Below the pieces are notes generated by a model, which saw nothing but the letters and a program-made list of their open reading frames with translations, did not search any database and had not been told where the DNA came from. The position numbers and the translations under genes were made by a program. 64,000 nucleotides of DNA from a virus (Duplodnaviria; Caudoviricetes): IMG/VR virus record IMGVR_UViG_3300020120_000082, positions 74,809 through 138,808 of that record. The stretch is one strand, 5' to 3'. Every line of letters starts with the position of its first letter. Position 1 is the first letter of the stretch. This document shows positions 11,511 to 22,761 of the stretch, piece by piece.

Positions 11511-12233
11511 TTATTTCTTGCTGGCATTCCGAATAGCATTGAGCAGAGCCAGTGTATTAAGGCCCTTGCTCAAACCCTGCATCTCTAGATGCTCGAAGTT
11601 GGGATGATCCAGGATTGGAGCAGCGATGTTCCCATCTCCAAATCCATCCTTCAATGCCCCGGCAAATGCAGCAATCATGCTCAAATCATCTCCATGCGTT
11701 GCCGCCAGGGCCTGGATATCGCGATCTTCCCAGTAATCCCCTTCGTCAGAAACGTGCTCGATCAAGCCATGATCGTCGAACCAATCCAGCATGGCCACTA
11801 CCATCAGGTGGCACTTGACGAATTCATTGGCATAGGTGGTTTTGCAGAACGACGACCAGCGCCAGCCAGATAGCCGAGTCTTGATGCGCTGACCATTGAA
11901 TTCAGTCGTCGCCGGGTAGGAACACAAACCGAAGTTGGCCTCTTCGCACCCCTCGCCTGGCCACATGCGAAACAGATAGGCTTCTTTGGGATAAACGGGA
12001 ATGGACGATCTATCGCCAATATCGATGTATTCACCAGACTGAATTACTGACCAACGCCAGTCTGAATTGACATCATCTTGGTGTTGCTTAATTTGTTTCC
12101 CGGTGAAGTGCTTGACCTGGGAAAGTTCCTTTGGCTTGATCTGCTGAGCAGCAAACTGCTGCGCTGCCAGCATCAGGGCCAGCTTGTCATCCGTCTTGCT
12201 CGCTTTCAAACTGTAGTGAATTGTGAGTCCCAT
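11511..12233 (-). CDS. Conserved hypothetical protein
   Basis: Start MGLTIHY with AAGGAG SD; GCEEANFG, FCKT and DEGDYW motifs. Confidence 0.75.
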   Translation of the reverse strand: MGLTIHYSLKASKTDDKLALMLAAQQFAAQQIKPKELSQVKHFTGKQIKQHQDDVNSDWRWSVIQSGEYIDIGDRSSIPVYPKEAYLFRMWPGEGCEEANFGLCSYPATTEFNGQRIKTRLSGWRWSSFCKTTYANEFVKCHLMVVAMLDWFDDHGLIEHVSDEGDYWEDRDIQALAATHGDDLSMIAAFAGALKDGFGDGNIAAPILDHPNFEHLEMQGLSKGLNTLALLNAIRNASKK

Positions 12234-12243
12234 GGTTTTCTCC

Positions 12244-12909
12244 TTAGCTCGACCAATGTAGATAAAAGATAGTTGGATCCGGTTGCGCCAGAACGTACTC
12301 AATGGTTTCTTGCGCGATTTCCAATGCCTGGTGATAGAACTCCCATTGATTATCGGTCTTGAAAACGACATACGAACACGGCTGTTTGCCAAGAATGCGG
12401 GTATAGCCGGGAATCACTGCCACTACTGGGATCGTATCCAGGAAGAAGTCGCCAATATGGTTGCCATAGCTGTTTCCAAAGGGCGGCGCTTCTTCTTTCC
12501 TGGCAAGCTCTTCTGCGAAAGCCTGAAGAGCCTGTTCGTCCGAATTTATTTGCGGTTCAGAGAACATATTGAACGACACGGTCATGACGTCGTATTTTGA
12601 AATCGGCTGCTTCAGGTAATTGTCAAGCTGCTCGATGGCATCCTTGGCATTCTCCAGACACACCGACCAATCAGGACAAACCTCATACTCATCGCCAGGC
12701 TGGACAATGTCGTATAGATTTGGCAAGCGTGCCCGATCCAAGACGCTATTGATCCCGCCATCGTTGTAGGATGATCGCCAATAGCCAATCTTAAATAGGT
12801 GTTGGGGGTACTTGACACTATCGATCTCGATTTTATTCTTCCCCCAGTCTTCCCGGTTATCGCTGTCGTAGCCATCTGGCCCATTGAAAAGAGTGACATC
12901 CAGTCCCAT
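12244..12909 (-). CDS. Hypothetical phage protein (MGLD... family)
   Basis: 221 aa, AGGAG SD. Confidence 0.75.
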   Translation of the reverse strand: MGLDVTLFNGPDGYDSDNREDWGKNKIEIDSVKYPQHLFKIGYWRSSYNDGGINSVLDRARLPNLYDIVQPGDEYEVCPDWSVCLENAKDAIEQLDNYLKQPISKYDVMTVSFNMFSEPQINSDEQALQAFAEELARKEEAPPFGNSYGNHIGDFFLDTIPVVAVIPGYTRILGKQPCSYVVFKTDNQWEFYHQALEIAQETIEYVLAQPDPTIFYLHWSS

Positions 12910-12918
12910 GATTTGCTC

Positions 12919-13599
12919 CTAGATATGCAGATCGCAAACAACAGCCATGCAATTGGCGTACTCATTCAGAATGGAAATGGCTGTGTCTTTCCAATCATCT
13001 TTCTCGCCATGCGCAAATCCAAACCAACCCATGCTGCCCTTCTCAAGCCACTGCCCTTCCGGCGTGACAATGGCGAATGGAATGTTGTCCAGGAATTCAT
13101 TGGCCAAACGCTGCCGCGGAGAAATATCGCCCCAACGACCACCCATGACCCACCAGTCCCACTTGGAGTTCGGGTTGTATGTGGAACGATAGGTGCCGGT
13201 GCCATGACACTCACTGCAATCTGGATCGGGCTGATCTTTCAGCGGGTTCTGGCTGATAAGCTCTTCGATACGCTGGCTGCGCGGGCCACCAAATTCTTTC
13301 TCCCAGATCTTGTCTAGCTCATCGCGATGCGCCCAGAATGCATCTGAGCCAACTTCCATGCCTTCTGGCAGGGGATGATCGGCATGGAACTGATTGCGAA
13401 TATCGTTGATATTTCCCATTTCCCGTGTGACCTGTTCCATGGCTTCCGCGCTGGCAATCTGCCCAATGCAATAACACTTGCGATCGTATTCGGGAACTTC
13501 CAGGTGTTCGCTATATGGAGCCAGCAACGGCTCAATGTCGTCTTCGGTAATCCGGCCAGACTCTTTATCGACAATGACCAGCGTGTAAAAGTGTGACAT
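12919..13599 (-). CDS. Hypothetical phage protein with CxxCxGxG and NPNSKWDWW motif
   Basis: 226 aa; CSECHGTG; KWDWWVMGGRW. Confidence 0.75.
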   Translation of the reverse strand: MSHFYTLVIVDKESGRITEDDIEPLLAPYSEHLEVPEYDRKCYCIGQIASAEAMEQVTREMGNINDIRNQFHADHPLPEGMEVGSDAFWAHRDELDKIWEKEFGGPRSQRIEELISQNPLKDQPDPDCSECHGTGTYRSTYNPNSKWDWWVMGGRWGDISPRQRLANEFLDNIPFAIVTPEGQWLEKGSMGWFGFAHGEKDDWKDTAISILNEYANCMAVVCDLHI

Positions 13600-13720
13600 G
13601 TTTTATCCTAATGAATAAGAACCGGGATCCACAACCGAAACGCTGCTTCCATAGAAGCAGTGGCTGCGCCTGCCAGCATAATCAAAACAAAAACTTGGAA
13701 TAGCGTAAATTGTTTCTTGT

Positions 13721-13987
13721 TCACTCCATCTCCGTGTCTTTGCAAACCAGGATGTTGCCGACCAGGAAGTCTCCTGGCAGATAGCGTGAGAATTCAGCCG
13801 TCGCGTTCGCGTTGTATGGCAAGCCATTCAACTTGCCTTCTTCATTGCAAACAATGAGTCGGCCAGGGATGTACACAACCTCGATATAGCCTCCAACGAT
13901 CTTGGAAAGCTGCTCTAGCTCAAACGTCTTGCCGTTCTCGGGCTGCACTTCTTCGGTGGAACCATCGGGGTGATAAATCGTAGCCAT
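13721..13987 (-). CDS. DUF3846-like protein
   Basis: LEQLSKIVGGYIEVV...CNEEGKLNGLPYNANAT...LVGNILV. Confidence 0.75.
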   Translation of the reverse strand: MATIYHPDGSTEEVQPENGKTFELEQLSKIVGGYIEVVYIPGRLIVCNEEGKLNGLPYNANATAEFSRYLPGDFLVGNILVCKDTEME

Positions 13988-15601
13988 GCGCCTAATCTCC
14001 TGTGTGTAAATCGCGAAAAACAAGTTAAGTGTTCAAATCTGAACGACTTCACATAAAATAGTTCCGAGTTGTCTAGCGAGTTTTTATCTCCCGAAAATGA
14101 TGCAGAAAATGCCGTGTTTTATAATTACATAAACAACAGAATCAAGCCATGCGGGCTCAGGATTTTCCGCGGATCAAAAACTGTACTAAGCCACGCTTGT
14201 TTAACCTGGGCCATCGTAGGGGCATTTTTAGGGATGATCCAGTTGGGCCTCTGTAAAAACAACCTTGGGATTTTTTCTACCAACCAGGCGTGACCAGATA
14301 GAAGACGGTGCTGGAACATCTCCGTTCTGCATCCAGAGCAGGGCGTCTTCGGCTGCGCCGTGACAGTCGCCATCTGAACGATCGGTTTTGTCTGGCCACC
14401 AATGATCGATCTGATCCAGGGTGTATTCCCACTTGAGAGTCTGGATCTGGGCGGTAATCATCTCCCAGTTGTCTTCGCCCAGGTGGGTGAAGTGCGGCAC
14501 CTGCTTTTTCAACTTCTCAAGCGCCAGGTACTCTGCCTGGATCTCTTTCTTTGGCTTGGAGCGGGTGATGAGTTCCTGCTTCTTGGATTTCTTTTTCATA
14601 TGACTTACTTATCCAGTTCGATGTGCCAATTGTTGTCCGTAGTGATCCACAGCCCTGAATTAGTCTCAACATAGCAGCCGCCAAACGTTTTGAATTGAAA
14701 ATGTCGCGACGGATTAAGCGTTGCCAATTCATGGCATTGCGCTTCGTTGAATCTCAGAATGATGTATCCAGCACCAGCAGTCAATCCCCCGGACAAAACA
14801 ATAACCAGGAGAATAGTGATAATCAGTTCCTTGTTCCGTCTCAAAATTTTCATAACCCCATCTCCCCGTCATCAATGACGTGCTGCATAGCATTCTCGAA
14901 ATTGTTCAGGTCTCGCCGCATGGATTGGATCAGGTTCACAATGTTCATGATGGTCTCTTCGCCATCACCATCCACAAAGCAGCTATCACAGCCAACTTCA
15001 AGCTCTGCCATCATGCCGTCGACGCGGTTGGGATCCCCGGCACGCATCCAGACGTTTTCCATGAAGTTCTGGAATTGCTCTATATCCATCTCAACTCCCT
15101 ATCTGCAATTCAACTTGATCGCCATTCACAACTGCGCCTTCAAGAAACAGATCGTCCAGCCCATGCCCCCAAACGCCATACTTTTCCGGATGCTCATAGA
15201 TAGTTTGGTAGCCATCCAGAATGCACATGAACAGACTCAGGCGGGTAAACCCAGACGGATTTCTGTACGGAAATTCGGCATCGATGTCTAGTGGATAGTC
15301 GTAGTGAATGACGATCTTGGGATAGTTAATAACCAGATCATTGGGATAAGCCAAATCATCTGGATCATCCAGGACGAGCATGGTTGTCTTGTCGATCCGA
15401 TCCTGGAATTGAATGCTCTTGCTCATTTCAATCTCTTTCTCATAATAGCAATCTCATATATGTCGGCAGCAAGGCATAAAGCGAAACCGATTGCGAAGAA
15501 AAACGCAGCGGTATGATCAAAGTCGGTTCGCAATAACCACTTAATAAACAGCGCCAAAGCTATAGCGATGACGGTTCTCATTTTGTCAGCCCCAAAAGAT
15601 A

Positions 15602-15638
15602 TTTCATTTATGTCTCCCTGATTCCAGATCTGGAATTT
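15602..15638 (-). promoter_or_regulatory. Palindrome ATTCCAGATCTGGAAT directly upstream of an RBS (copy 1 of a 37-bp repeat)
   Basis: Identical to 41942-41978; related to 27020-27050. Confidence 0.7.
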
Positions 15639-15639
15639 T

Positions 15640-16155
15640 CTAATTCTCGTCGCCTTCATCCAGGACCAGTTCGTTGTACAGTTTCTGGCCCAGAAGATTT
15701 CTGAACTGCTTGGCCTGATCGCCCAGTGTTCGATACTGCGTCTCCGCGGATCGGCTGTCACTGTCATAGCCCATATCCCTGGCCCAATCTTCGAAACTGC
15801 CAGCCGAAATGTAGCTATTGGAGTCGCTTGCCAGACATTCCAGGATGTCTTCAATTCCAGGAGCCAGAATTGCATATTTACGTTGAGCTTCGGTAAACTG
15901 CCACTGAAGACGAGCATTGTCGGGAACAACCATTTTGCGTTGACTATCCCAGTGATAACCCTGGGCTCGTTCGCCAGTCTTGATGTTCTTAATCCAACCA
16001 ATGCCAGTTGAGAACTGGAATCGCATGACTTCTGTCCCATGCATCAACGTGACGTTGTAATGAATTCCTTCACCTGTCCAGTCAGAGCGAAATCCGGTTC
16101 GTTCCAACTCCATCTTGATGCCATTCTTCTCGGTCCACTCAACCAGAGTTGTCAT
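15640..16155 (-). CDS. Conserved phage hypothetical protein
   Basis: ILECLASD...SFEDWARDMGYDSDSRSA motif. Confidence 0.75.
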   Translation of the reverse strand: MTTLVEWTEKNGIKMELERTGFRSDWTGEGIHYNVTLMHGTEVMRFQFSTGIGWIKNIKTGERAQGYHWDSQRKMVVPDNARLQWQFTEAQRKYAILAPGIEDILECLASDSNSYISAGSFEDWARDMGYDSDSRSAETQYRTLGDQAKQFRNLLGQKLYNELVLDEGDEN

Positions 16156-16619
16156 TCCATCTCCTGTTCAAACTCGACGTCCAGTAGCTCGGCCATGTCA
16201 TGACGAAACAATTCTTGCAGCTTAGACAGGCGCTCGATCAGATACGCCTTGACATCCGCATTGGTTTCCAGCGTCTGATATTCGTCATCTTCCAGCGCAC
16301 CCCAGACGGCGGTGCTTCTGAAGTATTCGATCTGGCCATTCTCCAGGTGATACATGCTGTTAGCCAGGTAATGCATCGGTCCGCTGGCGCTGCACAGATG
16401 CCAGCGCACATACTTCTTGAGCATCGGGAATTCTTCTTCAATCAGTTCCGAATTGGATCCGCCTGACACAAACAAGCCCGCCCTGGAATACTCGGTATAG
16501 GTGATCGAGAAGTACGGCTCCTGGTTGTGAAACTCTTGCATCTGGGCAATGACAATAAGCTCATGCCCATACGCAATCGGCTTCCTAAAAACTTGGCTCT
16601 TCGTCATCGCCTTCTCCAT
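16152..16619 (-). CDS. Conserved phage hypothetical protein
   Basis: RWHLCSASGPMHYLANSMYH motif. Confidence 0.75.
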   Translation of the reverse strand: MEKAMTKSQVFRKPIAYGHELIVIAQMQEFHNQEPYFSITYTEYSRAGLFVSGGSNSELIEEEFPMLKKYVRWHLCSASGPMHYLANSMYHLENGQIEYFRSTAVWGALEDDEYQTLETNADVKAYLIERLSKLQELFRHDMAELLDVEFEQEME

Positions 16620-18576
16620 TCCCTTCTAGTGGATCGATAAATTCTTGCTTGTTTTCGTCCCAGGTATTGGCAAAGAACCCATCCTGGTCCATGTCTTCCT
16701 GGAAATAGTCCTGGATGTCGTCGCTGTCGCAGTTGGCTTTTATGAAATTCAGAAGATCTGCGGTAGTTATGCCACTCAAAGAATTACTGGTGCGCACCTC
16801 TGTTGCCCAGTCCAGCCATTCAAATGCATTAGCCCAGCGATAGCTCATTTCTTTGCCTCATCTTCCAGGTCCATCATCCAGTTGTACAGATTGTGGTAGT
16901 AGCCGTCATCGGGGCCGACAAAGTTAATAATTGGGCCGATTACATCTTCGCGAATTTTTATGCCGCGCTCTCCGTCTTCATTAGCGACTTTCTCAAGTTG
17001 AGATAGAGCCATATTGATAGTGTTGATAGCTACTGTAACGTTATGGAGTTTCGTTCCAGCGTTCATTTGATCCCCAGTGCGCTGGCAATAAGCGCCAATC
17101 CGATAACCAGGACAGCCCCCAGCGTGAAGCATACGCCCCAGTACGCCAACGCTCCCTTCCAGCCGAGATCGCGAATGGTATAACCGATAACGGCAACAAA
17201 GAACGCTGCCGCCAAGACTATTCCGGCTATCAATTCAAATTGTTTTGTCATTTGTAACCAATCGCCTTTTTGTATTCTTCAAGCTGGGATCCGAATAAAG
17301 CACCTTCGTAATACTGCGTGGTTGCTACATCTACTGTAAATTCTTTCCAATCATATGACTCGCCGTTCAGCAACCTACTTAGCCATTCAACCAGCAACGG
17401 CACTTCATCCCGGCAATTTGGCACCTCAAAATGGTCGTCTACTTTGCCGAAGTGATCCAGCATCATGCGGATATTAGCTAACTTCTGTGCGTCGGAAACC
17501 ATTCAAAAACTCCTTTTGGTCTGCTCTTCAAGCAGGATGGCCATTTCAAGCTGCCATTCGTCCCAGGTAACGCCCATCGATTTGTTGAGATCATGGCAAT
17601 GTCCGCAGAACCAGTTCCGATCATCCGGGAACTGATCGTATCCCTTCCAGTTATCACAGCCATCGCAGCCATGAATACGGTGTTTGATCTGGCAATAAAC
17701 GCAAACGTCCCGAAGTACCCCATCGTGATCGTTGTAGTAATTGATATCGAATCCTGACTGGAAATTGCGGTGACATACATCACAGATAATTATGTCTTCG
17801 TCGAACGGATGAATCATTACTCCCGCTCCCACCTGGTTCTCAGGATATAGTGCCTGCGTTGGACATTCGAGTAGGGAAACTCCGGGCTCCCGGAACAGGT
17901 TGGCATTCCATCGGAATACCAGCAGGGAACCAGCCAGATTTGCTCGACGCATTGCTTTCTCCAGTAAGCCAGTTCTCTATCAATCTCTAATTGTGGAACA
18001 TCGGCCCAGGTTGTATCTAACATTAGTCATTTCCTGTTACTGGACAATTCAGCGCCACCGCATCGCCAAAAATATCAATCTCATTTGGCATGGGGTTAGT
18101 GATTACCATAACTTGAGCTGGACAATCCAAGCACTTGGCTATGGCATGAGTCTTGGAACTCCAAAATTCAATGCGGCGAAAGCGTCCCATACGATGTCCG
18201 CGAAATTCGCAACTTTCCAGGGCTTCCAGCTTGAGTCGTCTCAGTGTGGTTGGCATCTTCTAATCCTCAAGCACAATGGCGGGATGGATTTCAAAGACCT
18301 CTCCAGATTTGAAGAAGTATTCTTCGATATCCTCGTCCGACAAAATCTCTGGAACTGGCCTGTAATTTGCATCGGTCTCCAGAAATTCTGTGTCCCACCA
18401 ATAGCGCACAAACTCCTTCAATTTCTTCTGGGCTACCTCTTCCGCCTTGCAGACAAATGTGTCGACACCATGCTCGTGCTCAATAACTAGAACCGAAACT
18501 TGATCGCTCATCTTTTTATCCTGTATACAGCCAATCAATTGCGCTGGAGCCTGTGACAGCCACAGCGCAGATGCAT

Positions 18577-19695
18577 TCAGTCGGTCGTAACCGATGCGTT
18601 CTGCAATTCCTTGATGCTCATTACAATTCCCAACTGGTTTACGCTGGCAGTCAATCTTTGCCCAATACTCAAACTGTCCCAACGAGCTTCATCCAAAGAA
18701 ACCTGATATTTCTTGCTTTCTTTCTGGTCTATCAGGTAAGCGGTGTATCCTTGAGTCTGCAAACCGACTCTTTGATTAGCACCGATCGAATAGGCTGGCC
18801 AGAATGGCTTGTGATCATTGGCTCCAGCATGCGCTACGTAATCCGGAACCCATTTCTCGATGTTGTAGGTGTACCAGGTGCCATAGACTGGATCGTCTCG
18901 GTAGACAGGCACCTGTTCGCTATGAGTGTGCTCTTCGTAAGAATAAGTGGGCGTACAGACATCTTCTGAAAATCCATTCCCACTATCTTCTTCGTGGCAA
19001 CTTTGGCCAGTCTGAACACGATCATTAGTTGTCCAGGTGCGAGTCTCATAGTGATCCAGCACATGATCGTAGCTTTCGATGCGCTGCTCACTGCTTACCA
19101 AGCGACCGCCAGGCGGGAGCGACCAACCCGACTCGGTGACTGTCCGGTAAGCTTCTATCTGGATATCGCGTGACCAGCTAAAGCCGGTGACGGATACCTG
19201 GATCTCGCGGGTGCTGAAAAACCAGAACCCGCCCAGAACAAGACCCAGGATCAGCAAGACTCCAGCGCCCCACTTCCAGGCGTCAGCCGGTATCTCTGGG
19301 AATTTGAATGGCTCAGGCCCTAAATTCTCTGGCGGTGGCGGCTCCGGTTGGGGCGTGTATGTCCTGTGAATAGGAACGGGATCTGGAGCTACTGGTGGCA
19401 GTGGATCTCGATGACTGGCACCACATTGAGCGCACTTTTCATCGCTGGCGATGTTGGCAGCACCGCAGAACTTACAATGCCAATCACGGCCAGCTTTTGC
19501 CAACCTGACCAATCCGGGATCGGAAACCGAGTCCGAACTGTGATGTGGCCCATCAACGGCTTCGCCCTCAAAGCCAGCTTTGAAGAACTTGACGCTGTCT
19601 TCCCTGGGTTTGCCGCAGTTCTGGCAAACTTTATAGCGCCCCAGTTCTTCAGACTAGCAGTAACGACAGCGCCAGTGAAGTTCGTGGATAGCCAT
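18577..19695 (-). pseudogene. Double zinc-ribbon (RanBP2-like) membrane-anchored protein interrupted by an in-frame TAG at 19654-19656
   Basis: MAIHELHWRCRYC*SEELGRYKVCQNCGKPR... continues in frame into ORF 18577..19512 (WHCKFCGAAN...CAQCG, Pro-rich linker, TM helix). Confidence 0.7.
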
Positions 19696-21272
19696 CTAGT
19701 CTTCAAACTCCGAATAATCAACGTGCGTGTACACTTCCGCGGCCAGCGGAGAATTGCGGTCCATCCACGATTTACCGCAACAGCCGCACGTCCATTCGTA
19801 ACCGCTGCACGATGGAATGTGATACACGTTCGGCCAGGAGTTCTTATTCACCCCGTCAATGCCGCAGTAGTAGAACCGCTGGTGCGGCGTATTGGGCTGC
19901 ATGTTCGAGTCTTCCCAAGCATAGGCGTTCCAGGCTCCACAGTCCGGGCATTGTTCTATGTCTGGGTTATCGCTAATGATCAGATCGTAAAAGTTCTCGG
20001 GATAGCCAAAGATGTACTCGGTCATTTTGCCCCTGCAACTTCCCCGCCGACCGCAAAATCAACAAATGTAGCCACGGCCTCTTCACAAGTCAGATCGAAA
20101 TCCCAAACCAGATTTGAAAGCCAGCGAATATCCTTGAAGTCCCAGTAGATATAGTCCCGCTCGGTGCCCTCGTATTCATATGCGCCATGGAGTTCCAGAT
20201 GCCCGTTGGTTCTGCCACCAAAGAATATCTTCCCGCCTGGATGTTTCTTCTCAAAATCATCCAGAACATCTTGCACAAATGAGAAGATCAGCGGATTTTC
20301 AAGCTCATCAAAGCAAGCGTTTTCCTCTTTGCGTGTCAACGGAAGATGGGTGATCTTTACCGTCCGAGAATAGTGCGGCTCGCTAAACATTCTCTCGGAA
20401 TGGGTTGGATGCTTGAGCAAGAATTCGATCATGTCCTTGCGAGTCTGCGGTCTGCGACCAGAGAGATTGAGATAGTTGCTCATCCTTGCCATCCTAATCT
20501 TCTTGCCTCTTCAGTAGAGCAGCGGCACCGCCAATGAATGCAACGCACCAGGTAACGCTCAGAAATACAGCAATCACTACTGACCAGGTGTAATTCCATT
20601 CCAGTCGGCCAAATAACTCCATCAGAAGTTGATAGATGACGAGCGGAAGAACAAACGTAACAGCTAGATAGACGCACATTATGATGCCAGCAATGGCACC
20701 GATTTTCCAATCATCAAACAAACCGGGTTTATTCTTCATTTCGCCCTGATCTCCTTACTCGACATATATGTTCCTTCGGCAACTTCGGTCTTATCTTTCT
20801 CGTAAGTGACAATGATGTCCTTGATGGTCACCGTATACTCACGTACCCAGCCATTCGGCTTGCAAATTTCTAACGCCCCCTCCACCGTGTTCCTACGCTC
20901 TCCGTCAGGGAAAACCAAATAAACAATCGTGGTTGATTTAGTCACGCGCTTGATCTTCTTCACTTTTTTCCCACTCCAGTTGCAGCATATTTTTCACTTT
21001 CACACCCTGGGACTGAAGAATGAGAACTTCCTTGGCCCTGGCAACGGCCTCGGCATGTGTTGGGTATCTGCCGTACATATCCAGGTCGTACTGAATGACT
21101 AGCGAGTTGGCTTTATATTTCTTCTTCTTGGGAAAATCCAAAACGTTGCAGAAATGACCGGTCGGCAAATGCTGTATAAATGTTTCGTAATCTGTCGACA
21201 CGGTGATGCCATACGGCGCATGGCAGCGCTGGTATGGCCGGGAGATCTCAAAATCGCCATCGGATATTCGTG

Positions 21273-22079
21273 TCATGCCTGCTCCAGTCCGGGGAATTGC
21301 AACTGGCCCACGTCTATTTGATCCTGGGTGCTGACACGCTCTTCAATTTCTTGCGACTCTTCACCATCCACTGGCTCCATGTAACCCATGAATTCCAATG
21401 CCTGCCTGACTTCTTCGTCCCTCGGATAATTCCCACCATCCTCCATGCAGGAAAAGTTGAATTTCTCCTCCATGACCTGCAAGACTTCACCGGCCAGTTT
21501 TCCAAGATCTGTATCATCTGGAAGCCATTCTTGGAATTCCATGCGCAGAACTTCTTCAGTCCACATGGTAGACTGCTCCCAGCAATACTCACCCTCATGC
21601 TCATCGCACACCCATCCGTCATATTCAACTCCAACCCCGCCGTTGCCGCGATAGCCGGTATCCAGAAATGGATAGTCGTCAGTCAGTTCTCCGCCATAGC
21701 CACATTTCCATTTGAACGAGTAATCCAAATCCTTGACGACCGGTTCGGTGCCATCCACCCAGGAACCGTTGAAGAACTTGACGAACGTTGGAATGTAATT
21801 GGTCGGCACTTCATCCCAAAGATTGTCATCCAGCGGAAACAGCAAGAACGTGTCGTAATTCCAGGGAATGCTGCTGTCTTCTGGATCGTTCACGACCTTC
21901 TGAACCATGACCTGGTCCATCTTTGGACCATACCTTGGCTCATAGTGAGCGATGTTCCAGACCTGGTGGACAAACGTGCCATGATTGTTGTGCGTGGTCC
22001 CAACCAAAACATATTCCCACTGCCAGTGACACCCATCATACGGAGCGTGATGCTTGAATTCGAGAACCTTATATTCCAT
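21273..22079 (-). CDS. Hypothetical acidic protein
   Basis: 268 aa ORF, AGGAG SD. Confidence 0.75.
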   Translation of the reverse strand: MEYKVLEFKHHAPYDGCHWQWEYVLVGTTHNNHGTFVHQVWNIAHYEPRYGPKMDQVMVQKVVNDPEDSSIPWNYDTFLLFPLDDNLWDEVPTNYIPTFVKFFNGSWVDGTEPVVKDLDYSFKWKCGYGGELTDDYPFLDTGYRGNGGVGVEYDGWVCDEHEGEYCWEQSTMWTEEVLRMEFQEWLPDDTDLGKLAGEVLQVMEEKFNFSCMEDGGNYPRDEEVRQALEFMGYMEPVDGEESQEIEERVSTQDQIDVGQLQFPGLEQA

Positions 22080-22761
22080 TGTTCATCTCCTGAATGGCAC
22101 CGCGTAACGCAGATTCTGCCGCTTTGCCTGGATCGAAACCATGCGGATCAATCTTGGGCAGCAGATTCCATTGGGACTTGTGAATCCACAGAGAGAAGTT
22201 GGTATCGAACTGGCCGCGACCATCTACTTTGAACAGGAAACGAGTAATGCCAGCAGCCCGCAGTTGCTTGGCAATCTTCTGCGGATCGTCATCCATGCCA
22301 ATGTGCAACCCAGTTTCAAAGTTGTGCTTGTAGCCGTCTTCCGGATTGTCGTAATGGATATAGCCCCTAGACTTCAAGCCCAGATCGAATGTCAAGGCAT
22401 GGCGCGGATTGTTTTCCAGCCAGTCCAGATAATCATCTGGATCCGCCTTCAAGCACTTTTCGCAAACAGCGCTGACATCAAAGATGGCACCTTGCATGAG
22501 ATCGCCATGGTAATCCGGAGTAGTCTTGAAGATTTCCTGGCAGCGATCACACTCCACCCATTCGTCGATACATTCGATGGCATATCCCCAGGACTTGATC
22601 GTCTTTTCTTTCAGATCCATGATGTCCGGGAAGTCATTCCAGTCGGCCAGGAAAATACCGTGCTTGGGATTACCATAGCGCCGACTGTTGGCATATCCCG
22701 GCGAGTAATTGACTTCGCCTGATGCGTTGATCTGTTCCAGAAACTCCTGCTTAGTAAGCAT
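22069..22761 (-). CDS. Hypothetical protein with CxxC pairs
   Basis: 230 aa; CDRC...CEKC. Confidence 0.75.
   Translation of the reverse strand: MLTKQEFLEQINASGEVNYSPGYANSRRYGNPKHGIFLADWNDFPDIMDLKEKTIKSWGYAIECIDEWVECDRCQEIFKTTPDYHGDLMQGAIFDVSAVCEKCLKADPDDYLDWLENNPRHALTFDLGLKSRGYIHYDNPEDGYKHNFETGLHIGMDDDPQKIAKQLRAAGITRFLFKVDGRGQFDTNFSLWIHKSQWNLLPKIDPHGFDPGKAAESALRGAIQEMNNGI

Noticed and set aside
15423-16040. 205-aa ORF
   Set aside because: Overlaps the better gene 15640..16155 and crosses the palindrome/RBS; only the last ~52 codons (MRTVIAIALALF...) look like a real membrane protein.
21234-22232. Long plus-strand ORFs in the left arm (e.g. 21234..22232, 19348..20148, 24458..25192)
   Set aside because: Antisense shadows of SD-led minus-strand genes; no motifs or RBS.
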